A stretch of 64,000 nt of DNA from Clostridia bacterium (GCA_017399965.1 JAFQAP010000003.1:40028-104027); one strand, 5' to 3'. Shown: positions 7,817-17,788, counted from the stretch's first letter. The notes: generated by a model not told the origin, from the sequence alone. Program-made: numbers and translations.

Positions 7817-8593
7817 TTATTTCTGCGCTGCAGAAATAATTGCATAGAAGTCGGGTGCTTTGAGAGACGCCCCGCCAATAAGTCCGCCGTCTACGTTGAC
7901 CTTGCCGAGAAGCTCGTCTGCATTCTTTGCGTTCATAGATCCGCCGTACTGAATGGTGGTAGCCTCTGCAACTGCGGAAGAATAGAGAGCAGCAACTACG
8001 TTTCTGATCACGTCGCAAACCTCGTCTGCCTGGTCGGATGTAGCGGTTTTGCCGGTACCGATCGCCCAAACGGGTTCGTAAGCGATGATAACGTTTTTCA
8101 TCTGTTCTTCGGTAACGCCGAGAAGTGCTACCTTGGTCTGGAGAGAAACGGTTTCATCGGTAATGCCCTGCTCGCGCTGTTCGAGAGTTTCGCCAACGCA
8201 GAGGATAACCTTAAGACCTGCTTCGAGAGCAGCCTTTGTGCGAAGATTTACGGTAACGTCAGTTTCGCCGAAGTACTGTCTTCTTTCGGAGTGGCCGATA
8301 ATAACGTATTCAACACCGATAGCGGTGAGCATGGAAGCAGAAATTTCGCCGGTATATGCGCCGCTTGCCGCAAAATGCACGTTTTCTGCGCCAACCTTGA
8401 TGGGAGAGCCCTTTGCAGCTTCCATAACGGGAACGAGATCTACGTAAGGAACGCAGGTAACGATCTCGCAACCGGATACGTCCTTGCCTTCGATCTCTGC
8501 TTTGATAGCGTTTATAAGTTCAACTGCTTCTGCAGGAGTTTTGTTCATTTTCCAGTTTCCTGCGATAACAGCTTTACGGGTAGCTTTGTTCAT
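7817..8593 (-). CDS. tpiA: Triose-phosphate isomerase
   Basis: 258 aa with the motifs AGNWKMN, IIGHSERR, YEPVWAIGTG and GGASL. Confidence 0.95.
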   Translation of the reverse strand: MNKATRKAVIAGNWKMNKTPAEAVELINAIKAEIEGKDVSGCEIVTCVPYVDLVPVMEAAKGSPIKVGAENVHFAASGAYTGEISASMLTAIGVEYVIIGHSERRQYFGETDVTVNLRTKAALEAGLKVILCVGETLEQREQGITDETVSLQTKVALLGVTEEQMKNVIIAYEPVWAIGTGKTATSDQADEVCDVIRNVVAALYSSAVAEATTIQYGGSMNAKNADELLGKVNVDGGLIGGASLKAPDFYAIISAAQK

Positions 8594-8628
8594 TGTAAAT
8601 ACTCCTAAATTATTTTACTTCGTAAGTT

Positions 8629-8770
8629 AATGAGGAATGAGGAACGAGGAACCCACCCCAAAAACGCATAGCGTTTTCGGGGAACCCCGGGAATGAGAAA
8701 CGAGAAACTATGGTTGATTTTTGCCCCAAGGGGCAAAAATCTTCCTTTTCTTTTCACTCTTCACTCTTCA
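8629..8770. repeat. Family-A island inside the pgk-tpiA intergenic space
   Basis: In order: AATGAGG heptads, the CCCC..GGGG hairpin (8656-8682, reverse form), GATTTTTG-CCCCaaGGGG-CAAAAATC (8716-8741), then TCACTCT heptads. The pgk stop codon (8768-8770) lies in the last heptad. Confidence 0.85.
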
Positions 8771-9973
8771 CTGCTTGTCGTTAAGACAAGCTATGCCGGG
8801 CAGTTCCAAACCTTCAAGAAATTCGAGGGATGCTCCGCCGCCGGTGGAAATGTGGGTGATCTTATCGCCGAAGCCGAGAGTCTGGCAAGCTGCTGCGGAA
8901 TCGCCGCCGCCTACGATAGTGATAGCGTCGGAATCTGCAAGCGCCTGTGCAACTGCCTTGGTGCCTACTGCGAGAGTGGGATTTTCAAATACGCCCATAG
9001 GTCCGTTCCAGATAACGGTCTTTGCGCTCATAACAGCGTTTGCAAACAGCTCTCTGGTTGCGGGACCGATATCAAGACCCTGCATATCCTCGGGGATAGC
9101 GTCTGCGGAAACGGTAACGGTTTCGATCTCTGCATCAATAGGATCGGGGAAGGATTTTGCGCAAACGGTGTCTACGGGGAGAAGAAGCTTTACGCCCTTT
9201 TCCTCTGCTTTTTTCATCATTTCTACGCAGTAATCGAGCTTGCTTTCGTCGAGCAGGGACTTACCGATACCCTTACCCTGAGCCTTGAGGAAGGTATATG
9301 CCATACCGCCGCCGATGATGAGAGTATCGACCTTTTCAAGCAGGTTGTTTATAACGTTAAGCTTATCGGAAACCTTTGCGCCGCCGAGAATAGCTACCAA
9401 AGGTCTGTCGGGATCGGCAAGAGCCTTACCCATAACGGTAATCTCTTTGTTTATAAGATATCCGCATACTGCAGGGAGGTAATCAGCTACACCTGCGGTG
9501 GAAGCGTGTGCTCTGTGTGCGGTACCAAAAGCATCGTTTACATAGATATCTGCCAAAGAAGCCAGCTTTTTGGCAAATTCGGGATTGTTCTTTTCCTCTT
9601 CTGCGTGGAAGCGAACATTCTCAAGCAGCATACATTCGCCTGCTTTGAGAGCTGCAGCCTTTGCAACTGCGTCTTCGCCTACAACGTCCTTTGCCAGAGC
9701 AACTTCGATACCGAGGCACTCGGAAAGGCGGGCTGCAACGGGAGCGAGAGTGTACTTCATGTTGAATTCACCCTTGGGTCTGCCAAGGTGGGAGCAAAGA
9801 ATTACTGCCGCGCCGTTTGCAAGGAGGTATTTGATGGTGGGAAGTGCGCCCTGAATACGGTTATCGTCTGTGATAACGCCGTCCTTAAGGGGTACGTTGA
9901 AATCGCAGCGAACAAGAACTTTTTTGCCCTGAACGCTGATATCCTCTACGGATTTCTTATTTACGTTGGTCAT
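8768..9973 (-). CDS. pgk: Phosphoglycerate kinase
   Basis: 401 aa from the ATG at 9973, with GAGGTG 7 nt upstream. The track start at 9982 is a GTG inside that RBS. Contains the motifs [10 protein letters not shown] and STGGGASLE. Confidence 0.95.
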   Translation of the reverse strand: MTNVNKKSVEDISVQGKKVLVRCDFNVPLKDGVITDDNRIQGALPTIKYLLANGAAVILCSHLGRPKGEFNMKYTLAPVAARLSECLGIEVALAKDVVGEDAVAKAAALKAGECMLLENVRFHAEEEKNNPEFAKKLASLADIYVNDAFGTAHRAHASTAGVADYLPAVCGYLINKEITVMGKALADPDRPLVAILGGAKVSDKLNVINNLLEKVDTLIIGGGMAYTFLKAQGKGIGKSLLDESKLDYCVEMMKKAEEKGVKLLLPVDTVCAKSFPDPIDAEIETVTVSADAIPEDMQGLDIGPATRELFANAVMSAKTVIWNGPMGVFENPTLAVGTKAVAQALADSDAITIVGGGDSAAACQTLGFGDKITHISTGGGASLEFLEGLELPGIACLNDKQ

Positions 9974-10043
9974 TTTATTCACCTCATAAATTTATTTCTT
10001 TTCAATTAATTATCTTACCATATTATGCCGATAAATGCAAGAG

Positions 10044-11444
10044 TTATTTGAACTTTTCGGCTGTTTGTTCCATTTGCGCGTCCTGCCAGCGGATATATTT
10101 GCCCAGGTCTATATTATCCGTTACGGAAGTGGCAATAAGCTCTCTTCCCACGCTGTTTATATTGTACACGGATGAATACAGCTCGGTAAGGGGATAGTGA
10201 ACTGTGTTGAACACCTCATACATCATCACGGTGTTTGCGTTATCGGAGGAATTGTGGGTGATATAATATCTGTGCAGGGTGGGTTCTATCTCACGGGAGG
10301 CGAGGAGCCAGGCGGAAAGGACAAGTCCTGCGCTGTAGCTGTCTTCGTTTGCCTTGGGTACGGCGATGCAAAGCGCTTCTGTGACGGGGCTATAGTAGTT
10401 TTCCTGCTCGGCAGAGGTTTTGGGCATAGGGAGTATCTCCCAATCGAAGCCGTCTATTTTGTTTTCGCCTAAAAATTGGTTGAAATAGGTTACGCAAAAC
10501 AGCACCTTTTGGTCCAAAAATGCCTGTTTTGAATTTACGCCCGAGGATTCCGTAAGCTTTGTACTGCTTTCCATAAGCTTTTTGGCGGCGGCGGTGGCTT
10601 GCTTGCCCAGCTCGTAATCGAACTCCGCCTTCAACGGCTTGCCCATGGTTTCCCCAAAGTATTTAATTCCGGAACCGTTCCAGAATACGTTGGTAAGGCT
10701 CTTTGTGTCCAGCCCGATAGCTGTATAGCCGAATATATCTGTTTCTATATCTCCCGTAGGTTTGCCTGCCACGGTGGATACCGCATTTATATATTCAAAC
10801 ATCTTTTCAACGGTCCAGGTGCCGTCGTCAACGCAGTATGCGGGGTCACGCATACCTTTTGCCTTTATCAGATCTCGGTTTGCGTAAACCACAAGGGAGT
10901 TTTGCTGGGTAAAGTTAAAAGCGCCCGTAAGCATAAACAGAGAATTGTTTATAGTCTGCTCCTCGGCTTCGCCGTTCAGCGCCTTTGCCGCTTCGGAAAA
11001 ATAGGGCAGCGACCACATATTTGTAAACAGCCCGTTGACAGATGCCGTCGCACCGTCCTTGGAGGGCATAATTACGATATCGGGGCAGTTTTCCCCGCCA
11101 TCCATAGCTTTCTTTATTTCCGCAGCCGTCTTTTTTTCGATAACTATTGTGGTATCAAACTTATTTTCGATAGAATCTATACGTTCCTGCATAATTTTCT
11201 TTAATGCGGTGTCGTATGCATATGCGGGGTCTGCAACGGAAAGGTCGGTGGTCCATATAACCGTTTCGGCACCTTCAAACTGACCGTCAGGTAACACAGC
11301 CAGCGGATCTGCGGGCAACGACGATTCTTCTTTTTGCACGGTCGATGTTTCTTCGGATATATCTCCGCTTGTGTTTTGCGTTTCTCCTCCCGCGCAGGAC
11401 ACCAAAAGAATGCAGGAGAGAAGTATGGTAAATAGTTTCTTCAT
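10044..11444 (-). CDS. Putative extracellular solute-binding lipoprotein (orphan; no adjacent permease genes)
   Basis: 466 aa from MKKLFTILLSCILLVSCAGG (lipobox). The 35 upstream codons of the track ORF are translated repeat sequence. General resemblance to family-1 sugar-binding proteins only. Confidence 0.45.
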   Translation of the reverse strand: MKKLFTILLSCILLVSCAGGETQNTSGDISEETSTVQKEESSLPADPLAVLPDGQFEGAETVIWTTDLSVADPAYAYDTALKKIMQERIDSIENKFDTTIVIEKKTAAEIKKAMDGGENCPDIVIMPSKDGATASVNGLFTNMWSLPYFSEAAKALNGEAEEQTINNSLFMLTGAFNFTQQNSLVVYANRDLIKAKGMRDPAYCVDDGTWTVEKMFEYINAVSTVAGKPTGDIETDIFGYTAIGLDTKSLTNVFWNGSGIKYFGETMGKPLKAEFDYELGKQATAAAKKLMESSTKLTESSGVNSKQAFLDQKVLFCVTYFNQFLGENKIDGFDWEILPMPKTSAEQENYYSPVTEALCIAVPKANEDSYSAGLVLSAWLLASREIEPTLHRYYITHNSSDNANTVMMYEVFNTVHYPLTELYSSVYNINSVGRELIATSVTDNIDLGKYIRWQDAQMEQTAEKFK

Positions 11445-11460
11445 ATACACTCCGGTAATT

Positions 11461-11620
11461 GTTTCACGTGAAACAAAAAGAAGAGAAGAGAGAAGAGAGA
11501 AAAGAGAAAAGAAACGGAAGATTTTTGCCCGAAAGGCAAAAATCAACATTCATTCCTCGTTCCTCGTTCCTCATTCCTCATTCGTTTGCGCGAAGCGCAA
11601 ACGCTGTTTCACGTGAAACA
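11461..11620. repeat. Family-A island
   Basis: A GTTTCACGTGAAAC palindrome sits at both ends. Between them are a GA-rich arm, GATTTTTGCCcgaaaGGCAAAAATC (11520-11544), CATTCCT/CGTTCCT heptads and TTTGCGC-gaa-GCGCAAA. Confidence 0.85.
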
Positions 11621-11723
11621 TTGATTTTCTACCTATATAATATATTATAGTTGCTTCATAGTCAATGGCAAAAATGTAAACAAAAAGCCTTCCGCTAAGG
11701 AAGGCTGTGTTTGTATGGGGTGA

Positions 11724-12104
11724 TTATTCGGAAACGGTTTCGGAAACTGCGTCGGAAGCTTCTTTCTCGGTTTCGGAAACGTCCTTGGATTCATCAACTA
11801 CGGAAGTATCGGAAACTTCAACCTTGGAAGTTTCGTTTTTGGAAGTCTCGTCCTTGGGCTCGTACTGAGCAAAGAAGAGAGCGAGAACAGAAAGAGCGAA
11901 AACAACGCAAGCGATTATGGTGAGCTTGTTTATAAATGCTTCTTTGGAAGAAGACTTGTTGCGTTCATAATAAGAACCGCCGTTGCCGCCGGTGATAACA
12001 CCGGACATACCCTTTTTGCCGTTGTTGAAAAATGCGATAAGTACGATAACTGCCAGTGCGGCTACAAAAGCTATGATGCCGAGAGTCCAAGTAAGTGCGT
12101 TCAT
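11724..12104 (-). CDS. secG: Preprotein translocase subunit SecG with an acidic C-terminal extension
   Basis: 126 aa. Two TM helices are separated by a Gly-rich loop (GKKGMSGVITGGNGGSYY), as is typical of SecG. GGAGG RBS. Confidence 0.6.
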   Translation of the reverse strand: MNALTWTLGIIAFVAALAVIVLIAFFNNGKKGMSGVITGGNGGSYYERNKSSSKEAFINKLTIIACVVFALSVLALFFAQYEPKDETSKNETSKVEVSDTSVVDESKDVSETEKEASDAVSETVSE

Positions 12105-12279
12105 TTATATTTTCCTCCGAAAAGCCGTGAATTTACGGCTTGTTTTTCTTTTTTTATCTTGCCCTGCGTCCCTTTTCGGTGCGCAAACGGGCACTTTGGT
12201 ATCATAGCACAAACCCGAAGATTATGCAATACCTATGTAAAAAATTAATAAAATGTTCACAAATTATTAATATTTACCC

Positions 12280-13758
12280 TTATTCCTTTTTCTCTCTGCG
12301 GGCTTTAAGCTCTTTAAGTTTTTGCTCGTTCTTTGTATCGGAAACGTCTTTTTTAACCTTTTTGATAACTCTTACGGTAAATGCCGCCACGCAGTACAAA
12401 ACGTAAAGACCGATAAGCACCGCCACAACGGTGAGAATTGTTTTTGCCGTTTGGCTGAACAGCATTTTTTCTATTGTTTCAAAGAATTTTATTACGGTGT
12501 CGGTATCCACGTTGTCTGCTGCCAAAAGAGGCGTGGAGCCGATAACTATTCCGTTAAGTATATATTCCGCCATTCCCAAAGTTTCTCCTTTCGTAACCGG
12601 CGCTTTTACTGCGTAATGCTCTTTCCCGTCTTTACCTTGAATGGTGTAAACACGGTCTGTATCATAGGTGATCTTTACTTCCATTCCCGAAAGATCGTCT
12701 CCTATGTGGGTGATAGTCTGTATTTGCTTTTGTGCGCACACCACCAGATGGTCGGTGTTTCTGCCTTGCTCCAATAGAATTTCGTCCACCGCGTCCCCCG
12801 CGAGGCAGAGATTGACGTATGAATATCGGTTTTTTGCCCAGTTTACCAAGGTTTTTACGTCCGTATACGGGTTTTTTCCTTCATCGAAATACCGCACGCC
12901 TTCTTCGTCGTAAAGGTACATACAGCCGTCAAGCACCACTACTATGTAGGTAAGAGGTCCGTCCTCCACGCTGGTGGCAACGCAATAGTTTCCGGAAGCG
13001 AAAGCCTGCCCCGCAAAAAATCCTCTTGCGCCCTTCAGGGAGTTGCCGGGCATAATACGCTCGGAAAGCAGGTAATTACGGGTGTGAATGGTGCTTCCCT
13101 GCAAAACGTAATAGCCTGCGGCGGAGGAAATAAACAAATCGTATCTGTTATAAAACTGGGCGCAGATAAGCGCTACGTCCTTCGCCGTGGTGGCGTTGCC
13201 CATATCCCCTCTGCCCAAAGGCTCCTTGTAGCGTGTGTCTGTACAGCCGATAGATTCGGCGTATGCCGTCATTTCCTTGGCAAAATCGGCGTATTCTATC
13301 CCCTTTTTTTCGCAGTATGCGTAAATGAGAGGATTTATCGCATCGTTTGCCCAGGAAACACACGCCGCTTTTATAAGCTCTTCCACCTTAAAGGTGTTGC
13401 CCGCCTTAATGCCGATCATAGGTGTTGCGGGGTTTGTGGCTGCGCCGATATCCGTAAGATGCTCTTTTTTTACCGTGACCACCGTGTCAAGCCGGGTGGA
13501 AAACAGATCGTATATGAGTATAAGTGCGGTCATTTTTGCGCTGGTCGCCGCTTCCGCACGGGCATCGCCCTTGTAATCATAAACAAAAGTACCCGTCTGG
13601 GGGTTATATATTACCGCTTTGCAGTTTTCGTAAATAACCGGCTCGTCGCTTTCGGGCGCGGAAATATCGGATATTTCACCGCTTTCCTCCCCGAACACGG
13701 AAAAAGAGCAAAACAGCATGGCGGATATTAAAAATAAACATAAAAATATTTTTTTCAA
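12280..13758 (-). CDS. D-alanyl-D-alanine carboxypeptidase family (peptidase S11) with a C-terminal TM anchor
   Basis: 492 aa from the TTG at 13758 (AAGGAAG RBS 8 nt upstream; signal peptide LKKIFLCLFLISAMLF). SxxK motif SAKMTA. The other PBP5 motifs are less clear. Confidence 0.65.
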   Translation of the reverse strand: MKKIFLCLFLISAMLFCSFSVFGEESGEISDISAPESDEPVIYENCKAVIYNPQTGTFVYDYKGDARAEAATSAKMTALILIYDLFSTRLDTVVTVKKEHLTDIGAATNPATPMIGIKAGNTFKVEELIKAACVSWANDAINPLIYAYCEKKGIEYADFAKEMTAYAESIGCTDTRYKEPLGRGDMGNATTAKDVALICAQFYNRYDLFISSAAGYYVLQGSTIHTRNYLLSERIMPGNSLKGARGFFAGQAFASGNYCVATSVEDGPLTYIVVVLDGCMYLYDEEGVRYFDEGKNPYTDVKTLVNWAKNRYSYVNLCLAGDAVDEILLEQGRNTDHLVVCAQKQIQTITHIGDDLSGMEVKITYDTDRVYTIQGKDGKEHYAVKAPVTKGETLGMAEYILNGIVIGSTPLLAADNVDTDTVIKFFETIEKMLFSQTAKTILTVVAVLIGLYVLYCVAAFTVRVIKKVKKDVSDTKNEQKLKELKARREKKE

Positions 13759-13835
13759 GGTGTTTGCTTCCTTATAGTTATATATGTTCATTATACAAAA
13801 CCCAAGAGGAATTGTCAATATACAAAAGTATACAC

Positions 13836-13871
13836 AAGAAAACACCTTCGGTACTTGGTAACCGAAGGTGT
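13836..13871 (-). terminator. Rho-independent terminator
   Basis: ACACCTTCGGT...ACCGAAGGTGT stem followed by a T-run on the - strand, directly after the stop at 13878. Confidence 0.7.
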
Positions 13872-13877
13872 AACGCT

Positions 13878-14726
13878 TTATTCAATTATATTTTCAACAC
13901 CGAAGAGGGCGAGAAGCTCTGTTATACGGCCGCGGGTGGCAAGGGCATCGTTTTCGGGAGAAGATTCGTCGGGAATAAGGTTTGAATACATGTAGTTTCC
14001 GAAATCAAAATCATCGGGGTTGCCGAAATAGCCCATATAATACTTGTTTTTGTTGGGGTTTTCTTCTTTTCCGTCGGTAACAAGCAGGTCGGTTTTATCT
14101 TGGGCGCGTAAAACACCCAGATATCTTGCGTGGAATGCGGTTACGTTAAAATCCGCAATAACCTCGGCAGTAAAGGGCTGTTCCTCAAACACGGTGTTAT
14201 AAAAATTTTCTGACGTGCCGAAATCTGTTTCCAGCACCAAAACCAAGGAATTATCCGAAATACCGCCGTCGTATGAGATAAGCACCAGCGTTTCCTTGCC
14301 GCTTTCGTCTATGGCGAGAAAATACATCACATAAGGCTCTTTAGTGGAAAAAGACAAGGTGATATCGGTGTTTTTTATGTTTCTTTCGTCCTGCGCGACG
14401 CTGTCTGCGGGCGGGAGATCCCCCGGCACGGGCTCACCGGATGGCTCGGTCTGTGAGGGAACGCGCTTCCCCTCGAAGTTGTTTTCCGTAAGAAAACGGT
14501 ATATGCTGTTTTCGGGGCACACCCAGTCCTTGCTTACCCCGCCGTCCTCGGCAAAATAATCTATGGCGGGAACGGTAACGGAATTTTCATTCACGCTTTC
14601 TTCGGGTAAAGAAGTGCCCGAGCCGTTGTTGCCCGCATCGGGCAGCTTTGCGGGTTTGTTTGCCTGACAGGCGCAAAAGGTCAAAGTAAATGCAAAAATC
14701 AAAACCAAAATAACCGTTTTTTTCAT
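13878..14726 (-). CDS. Hypothetical lipoprotein
   Basis: 282 aa. Signal peptide plus lipobox FTLTFCAC. AAGGAG RBS. Confidence 0.7.
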   Translation of the reverse strand: MKKTVILVLIFAFTLTFCACQANKPAKLPDAGNNGSGTSLPEESVNENSVTVPAIDYFAEDGGVSKDWVCPENSIYRFLTENNFEGKRVPSQTEPSGEPVPGDLPPADSVAQDERNIKNTDITLSFSTKEPYVMYFLAIDESGKETLVLISYDGGISDNSLVLVLETDFGTSENFYNTVFEEQPFTAEVIADFNVTAFHARYLGVLRAQDKTDLLVTDGKEENPNKNKYYMGYFGNPDDFDFGNYMYSNLIPDESSPENDALATRGRITELLALFGVENIIE

Positions 14727-14821
14727 ATGTAAAACTCCTTTTCCGTCTTTTTCGGCTCGTCTGTGCCTACATTATATATACCGTCAAAAAAACCGTTTGG
14801 TTTCAAAAAAAGAAAAAGTTT

Positions 14822-14856
14822 TTTAAAAACAAAGCAGACACGAAGCCTGCTTTGTT
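14822..14856 (-). terminator. Rho-independent terminator
   Basis: CAAAGCAG...CTGCTTTG stem followed by TTTTT on the - strand. Confidence 0.65.
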
Positions 14857-14903
14857 GGTCGGGCAAATTTTAATACAAATAATGTTTAACCGACAATTGT
14901 TGC

Positions 14904-15560
14904 TTAGAAGTTTTTGCAAAGCGGACAATCGAACAGTCCTTCCTCTTCCATAGCGCTGTGGTCGCAGGGGATAAGTTCGAATTTTACATAGTATCCGCTT
15001 TTTTCTGCGTATTCGATCAACTTTTCTACGTCTGCGCCGGATAGATAACCGCAAAAAACTCTTACCCCGTCTTCGGCTCCTCTGACAGAAAAGGTTTGGA
15101 TCTCTAAAGGAATATTGCCTGCTTCGAGCCAATTACGGATCTCGTCCTCGTCTGCGAAATCGAATTTTGTTTCGACGGTTATTGTTGATTCATCGTACTT
15201 ATCAGCATAATATGCATACATTATCACGTGAATTAAAACTTCATACTTGCTGTGAGCATCGACAATGTCTTTAAAAACCGGACTGTAATTCGGATATTCG
15301 GGCCATTCGTTTGAATATGCGCCGCCTATACTATCACTGTGGAGAGGCCATCCTTTAAGAAAATCCCAATCTTCATCCATTCCCCAAGGCTCTATTGTTA
15401 TCAACACTTCGCTTTCCTGCGTAGAAACTTCTTCGGAAACATCGCTTATATTGCTTTCGCTTATATCCGCTTTACTCTCTTCGGGAGTATCACAGCCTGC
15501 AAACATAGCCGCAACCATAAGAAAACAAAGTAAAATGCTTGTAAATTTAATTAGTTTCAT
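14904..15560 (-). CDS. Lipoprotein paralog 1 (C-terminal CPLC)
   Basis: 218 aa starting MKLIKFTSILLCFLMVAAMFAGCDTPEESKADISE. Mature domain is homologous to 15611-16246. Ends FDCPLCKNF. Confidence 0.75.
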   Translation of the reverse strand: MKLIKFTSILLCFLMVAAMFAGCDTPEESKADISESNISDVSEEVSTQESEVLITIEPWGMDEDWDFLKGWPLHSDSIGGAYSNEWPEYPNYSPVFKDIVDAHSKYEVLIHVIMYAYYADKYDESTITVETKFDFADEDEIRNWLEAGNIPLEIQTFSVRGAEDGVRVFCGYLSGADVEKLIEYAEKSGYYVKFELIPCDHSAMEEEGLFDCPLCKNF

Positions 15561-15610
15561 ATAAACACTCCTTTCTAATTACGGTTTGTCCACAGGGCAA
15601 GACCGAAAAC

Positions 15611-16246
15611 TTAACACTTAGGGCAATCGAAGCTATTATCGTCTTCAACGCACCAAGATTCGGTGACATGGGAAAAATACAGATGATACCCGTACTCATT
15701 TCCGTACTCAATAAGTTTTTCTAAATCTTCAAAGGAAATGTAACCCAAAAAGCCGCTTACCTCTTTTTTATTGCCGTTAATATCTTTGATTTCGAAAGTT
15801 TGGTATTCAAACGGAATACCGCCTGCTTTCAACCAGCTTTGTATCTCTTCTATATCGCAGGGATCTTTTTCATTATCCGACCGGTACGGAATGTTATTTG
15901 GATCGGGGTAATAAGCCTGCAGAGCAACGTGAACCAACACGTCAACACCTTCATGTGATTCTATCGTATTATAAAAGGTGTTGCTGTAATTCTGATAAGG
16001 TTCCCACGTGTCGCCGTAACCGTCTGCAATATTGTTGTTGTGCCGCGGCCAGTCTTTAAGAAAATCCCAGTCGTAATCGGTTCCCCAAGGCTCGATTTTT
16101 TCCAACACTTCGCTTTCCTGCGCAGAAACTTCTTCGGAAACTTCGCTTATATCCGCTTTACTCTCTTCGGGAGTATCACAGCCTGCAAACATAGCCGTAA
16201 TCATAAGAAAACAAAGTAAAATGCTTGTGAATTTAATTAGTTTCAT
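15611..16246 (-). CDS. Lipoprotein paralog 2 (C-terminal CPKC)
   Basis: 211 aa. The signal/lipobox cassette is nearly identical to paralog 1. Shares IEPWG.D.DWDFLK.WP.H and LIEY...GY. Ends FDCPKC. Confidence 0.75.
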   Translation of the reverse strand: MKLIKFTSILLCFLMITAMFAGCDTPEESKADISEVSEEVSAQESEVLEKIEPWGTDYDWDFLKDWPRHNNNIADGYGDTWEPYQNYSNTFYNTIESHEGVDVLVHVALQAYYPDPNNIPYRSDNEKDPCDIEEIQSWLKAGGIPFEYQTFEIKDINGNKKEVSGFLGYISFEDLEKLIEYGNEYGYHLYFSHVTESWCVEDDNSFDCPKC

Positions 16247-16294
16247 ACATATTCACCTCTCTAATTACGGTCATCCCATCGGGTAGGATTGAGC

Positions 16295-16735
16295 TTATTG
16301 CGGTGCGGGCAACACATAATATTCGATATTGAATCTGTCAAGATCGGCGATAGTGACTTTTCCGTCTGCCATAGCTTCTTTTACGTTCTGGCTGGTTCCG
16401 TCCTCATATTCCACAATAATATATTTATGCATAGATGTATTTGAAAACGCATACTCATAGTTTTCATCTATATAAAATGTATCGAGCCCTTCGTCCCACA
16501 TAGTCTTCTCACCTCGTTTGTCGACAATAACAAACCCTAAACCCTCCGAAACTTCTACGGAACCTTCTTCAGATGTTTCTTCAGAAACGGTTTCGGATAC
16601 ATCTTCGGAGTTTTGCAAAAGAGAATCCTTTGAGGTTACGTCTGCTTTGCTTTCTTCGGGAGTATCGCATCCTGCAAAAACGGCAACAAGAAGAATAATG
16701 CAAAGCAAAATGCTTGTAAATTTAATTAGTTTCAT
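16295..16735 (-). CDS. Lipoprotein with the same signal cassette but an unrelated mature domain
   Basis: 146 aa starting MKLIKFTSILLCIILLVAVFAGCDTPEESKAD, followed by an acidic linker and a different C-terminal domain. Confidence 0.7.
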   Translation of the reverse strand: MKLIKFTSILLCIILLVAVFAGCDTPEESKADVTSKDSLLQNSEDVSETVSEETSEEGSVEVSEGLGFVIVDKRGEKTMWDEGLDTFYIDENYEYAFSNTSMHKYIIVEYEDGTSQNVKEAMADGKVTIADLDRFNIEYYVLPAPQ

Positions 16736-16967
16736 TTAAATACTCCTTTCCGGTTGCATATATAATACTTTTGAAACGGCAAAAAGGTTACATAAAAAAT
16801 TTTTTAAAAAACTTGGCACATTTATTTTACCATATTATTCCTACATTTTCAATTATGCAAAATTGCCGAATATACCGCGCCTTTTTTGTCGGGGTCCCCA
16901 AGAAGTCGCAGACTTCTTGGGGTGATTATGCAGGGAAAACAAAGGGCATTTTTATTTGTGTAAAAAT

Positions 16968-16996
16968 TTGACAAATGGGCGTTTACGTGGTATACT
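16968..16996 (+). promoter_or_regulatory. Strong sigma-A-type promoter
   Basis: TTGACA (16968-16973), 17-nt spacer, TGgTATACT extended -10 (16988-16996). Confidence 0.6.
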
Positions 16997-17031
16997 GTAT
17001 TCAAAAGAACAAATGTTCGGAAAGGAAAAGT

Positions 17032-17466
17032 ATGATAAAAGTAAACGTAAAAGTGTTTAAAGACCGTCTGGAAGCAGAAAAAACCCCCGTGATGCGGCTG
17101 TGCGGGGGAGAGGACGTATGTCTTGTTTTCTACGTGCCCGAGTTTTTGCGGGGGGAACACAAGTATTATCTGCGGTTTTCCACGGCGCAGCAGGCAAAAC
17201 GCGGGGGAATGTCGGTAACGGGAGAGATAGAATGTAAAAACGGTGTGATACTTTACTGTTTGCCCAAATCCCTTACGGAAACGGAAAATCTGGGAATACA
17301 GCTTTTGGCGGTAAACAAAAAAGAGCGGGTGTTTTCCCCGGTTTTAAAGGAAGGGCTTACTTTTTCGGAGGATCGCCCCTGCGGGCAAAGAAACGGAACA
17401 AAGACACTTTTTAATTTTTACGATATAAACGATTACGCGGCGAGGAAAGGGGAACTGCCGTTTTGA
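17032..17466 (+). CDS. Hypothetical protein (possibly phage-derived)
   Basis: 144 aa from MIKVNVKVF, with a GGAAAGGAAAAG RBS. No recognisable motif. The neighbours look prophage-like. Confidence 0.5.
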   Translation: MIKVNVKVFKDRLEAEKTPVMRLCGGEDVCLVFYVPEFLRGEHKYYLRFSTAQQAKRGGMSVTGEIECKNGVILYCLPKSLTETENLGIQLLAVNKKERVFSPVLKEGLTFSEDRPCGQRNGTKTLFNFYDINDYAARKGELPF

Positions 17467-17700
17467 ATGATGAATGAGGAAACACCGTCTGTAGCAGTAA
17501 AATCTAAAGGACGCGGAGCATTTGGATGCAGAAGCCTTTTTCGCGAGCGGGGAGCTGTAGTAACCTACTGCCTCCCGAGCGAAAATGGCTACAAAAACGC
17601 AAATAAAATAAAATTTTGAAGACGATTTTCGTCGGAAAAATTTTCACCTATTTTCTGTAATTAAAGCGGCGGAGGCAAGCCATCCGCCCTACAAACGGAA
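17467..17700 (-). repeat. Family-B composite repeat, inverted orientation, preceded by ATGATGAATGAGG words
   Basis: Reverse complement aligns with 39060-39300. Carries the GGCGGA...TCCGCC variant of the tgtaGGGCGG hairpin, plus GACGA-ttt-TCGTC. Confidence 0.85.
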
Positions 17701-17788
17701 GATAACTGCACGAAAATATTTATATGTTTTTGCGTTTTTGGTTCTGCGCCGAATGAACGCGTACATACAAAGAAAGGAAATTAATAAT

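Noticed and set aside
8693-10009. Long antisense ORFs. They are 438 aa here, and similarly at 23188-24660, 33059-34585, 46782-48008, 52943-54190, 55701-56669, 59058-59843 and 62180-63472.
   Set aside because: Each lies fully opposite a gene with clear family motifs (pgk, glyQS, a signal-peptide protein, aspS, ackA and others). They lack RBSs, have Cys/Gly/His-rich low-complexity translations, and start inside repeat islands in several cases.
10044-11549. N-terminal extensions of real genes into repeats. The track starts concerned are 11549, 52403, 24714, 27031, 39847 and 13845.
   Set aside because: The extra codons are repeat or promoter sequence. Internal starts give canonical N-termini (a signal peptide, or the conserved aaRS and dxs starts) with proper RBSs.
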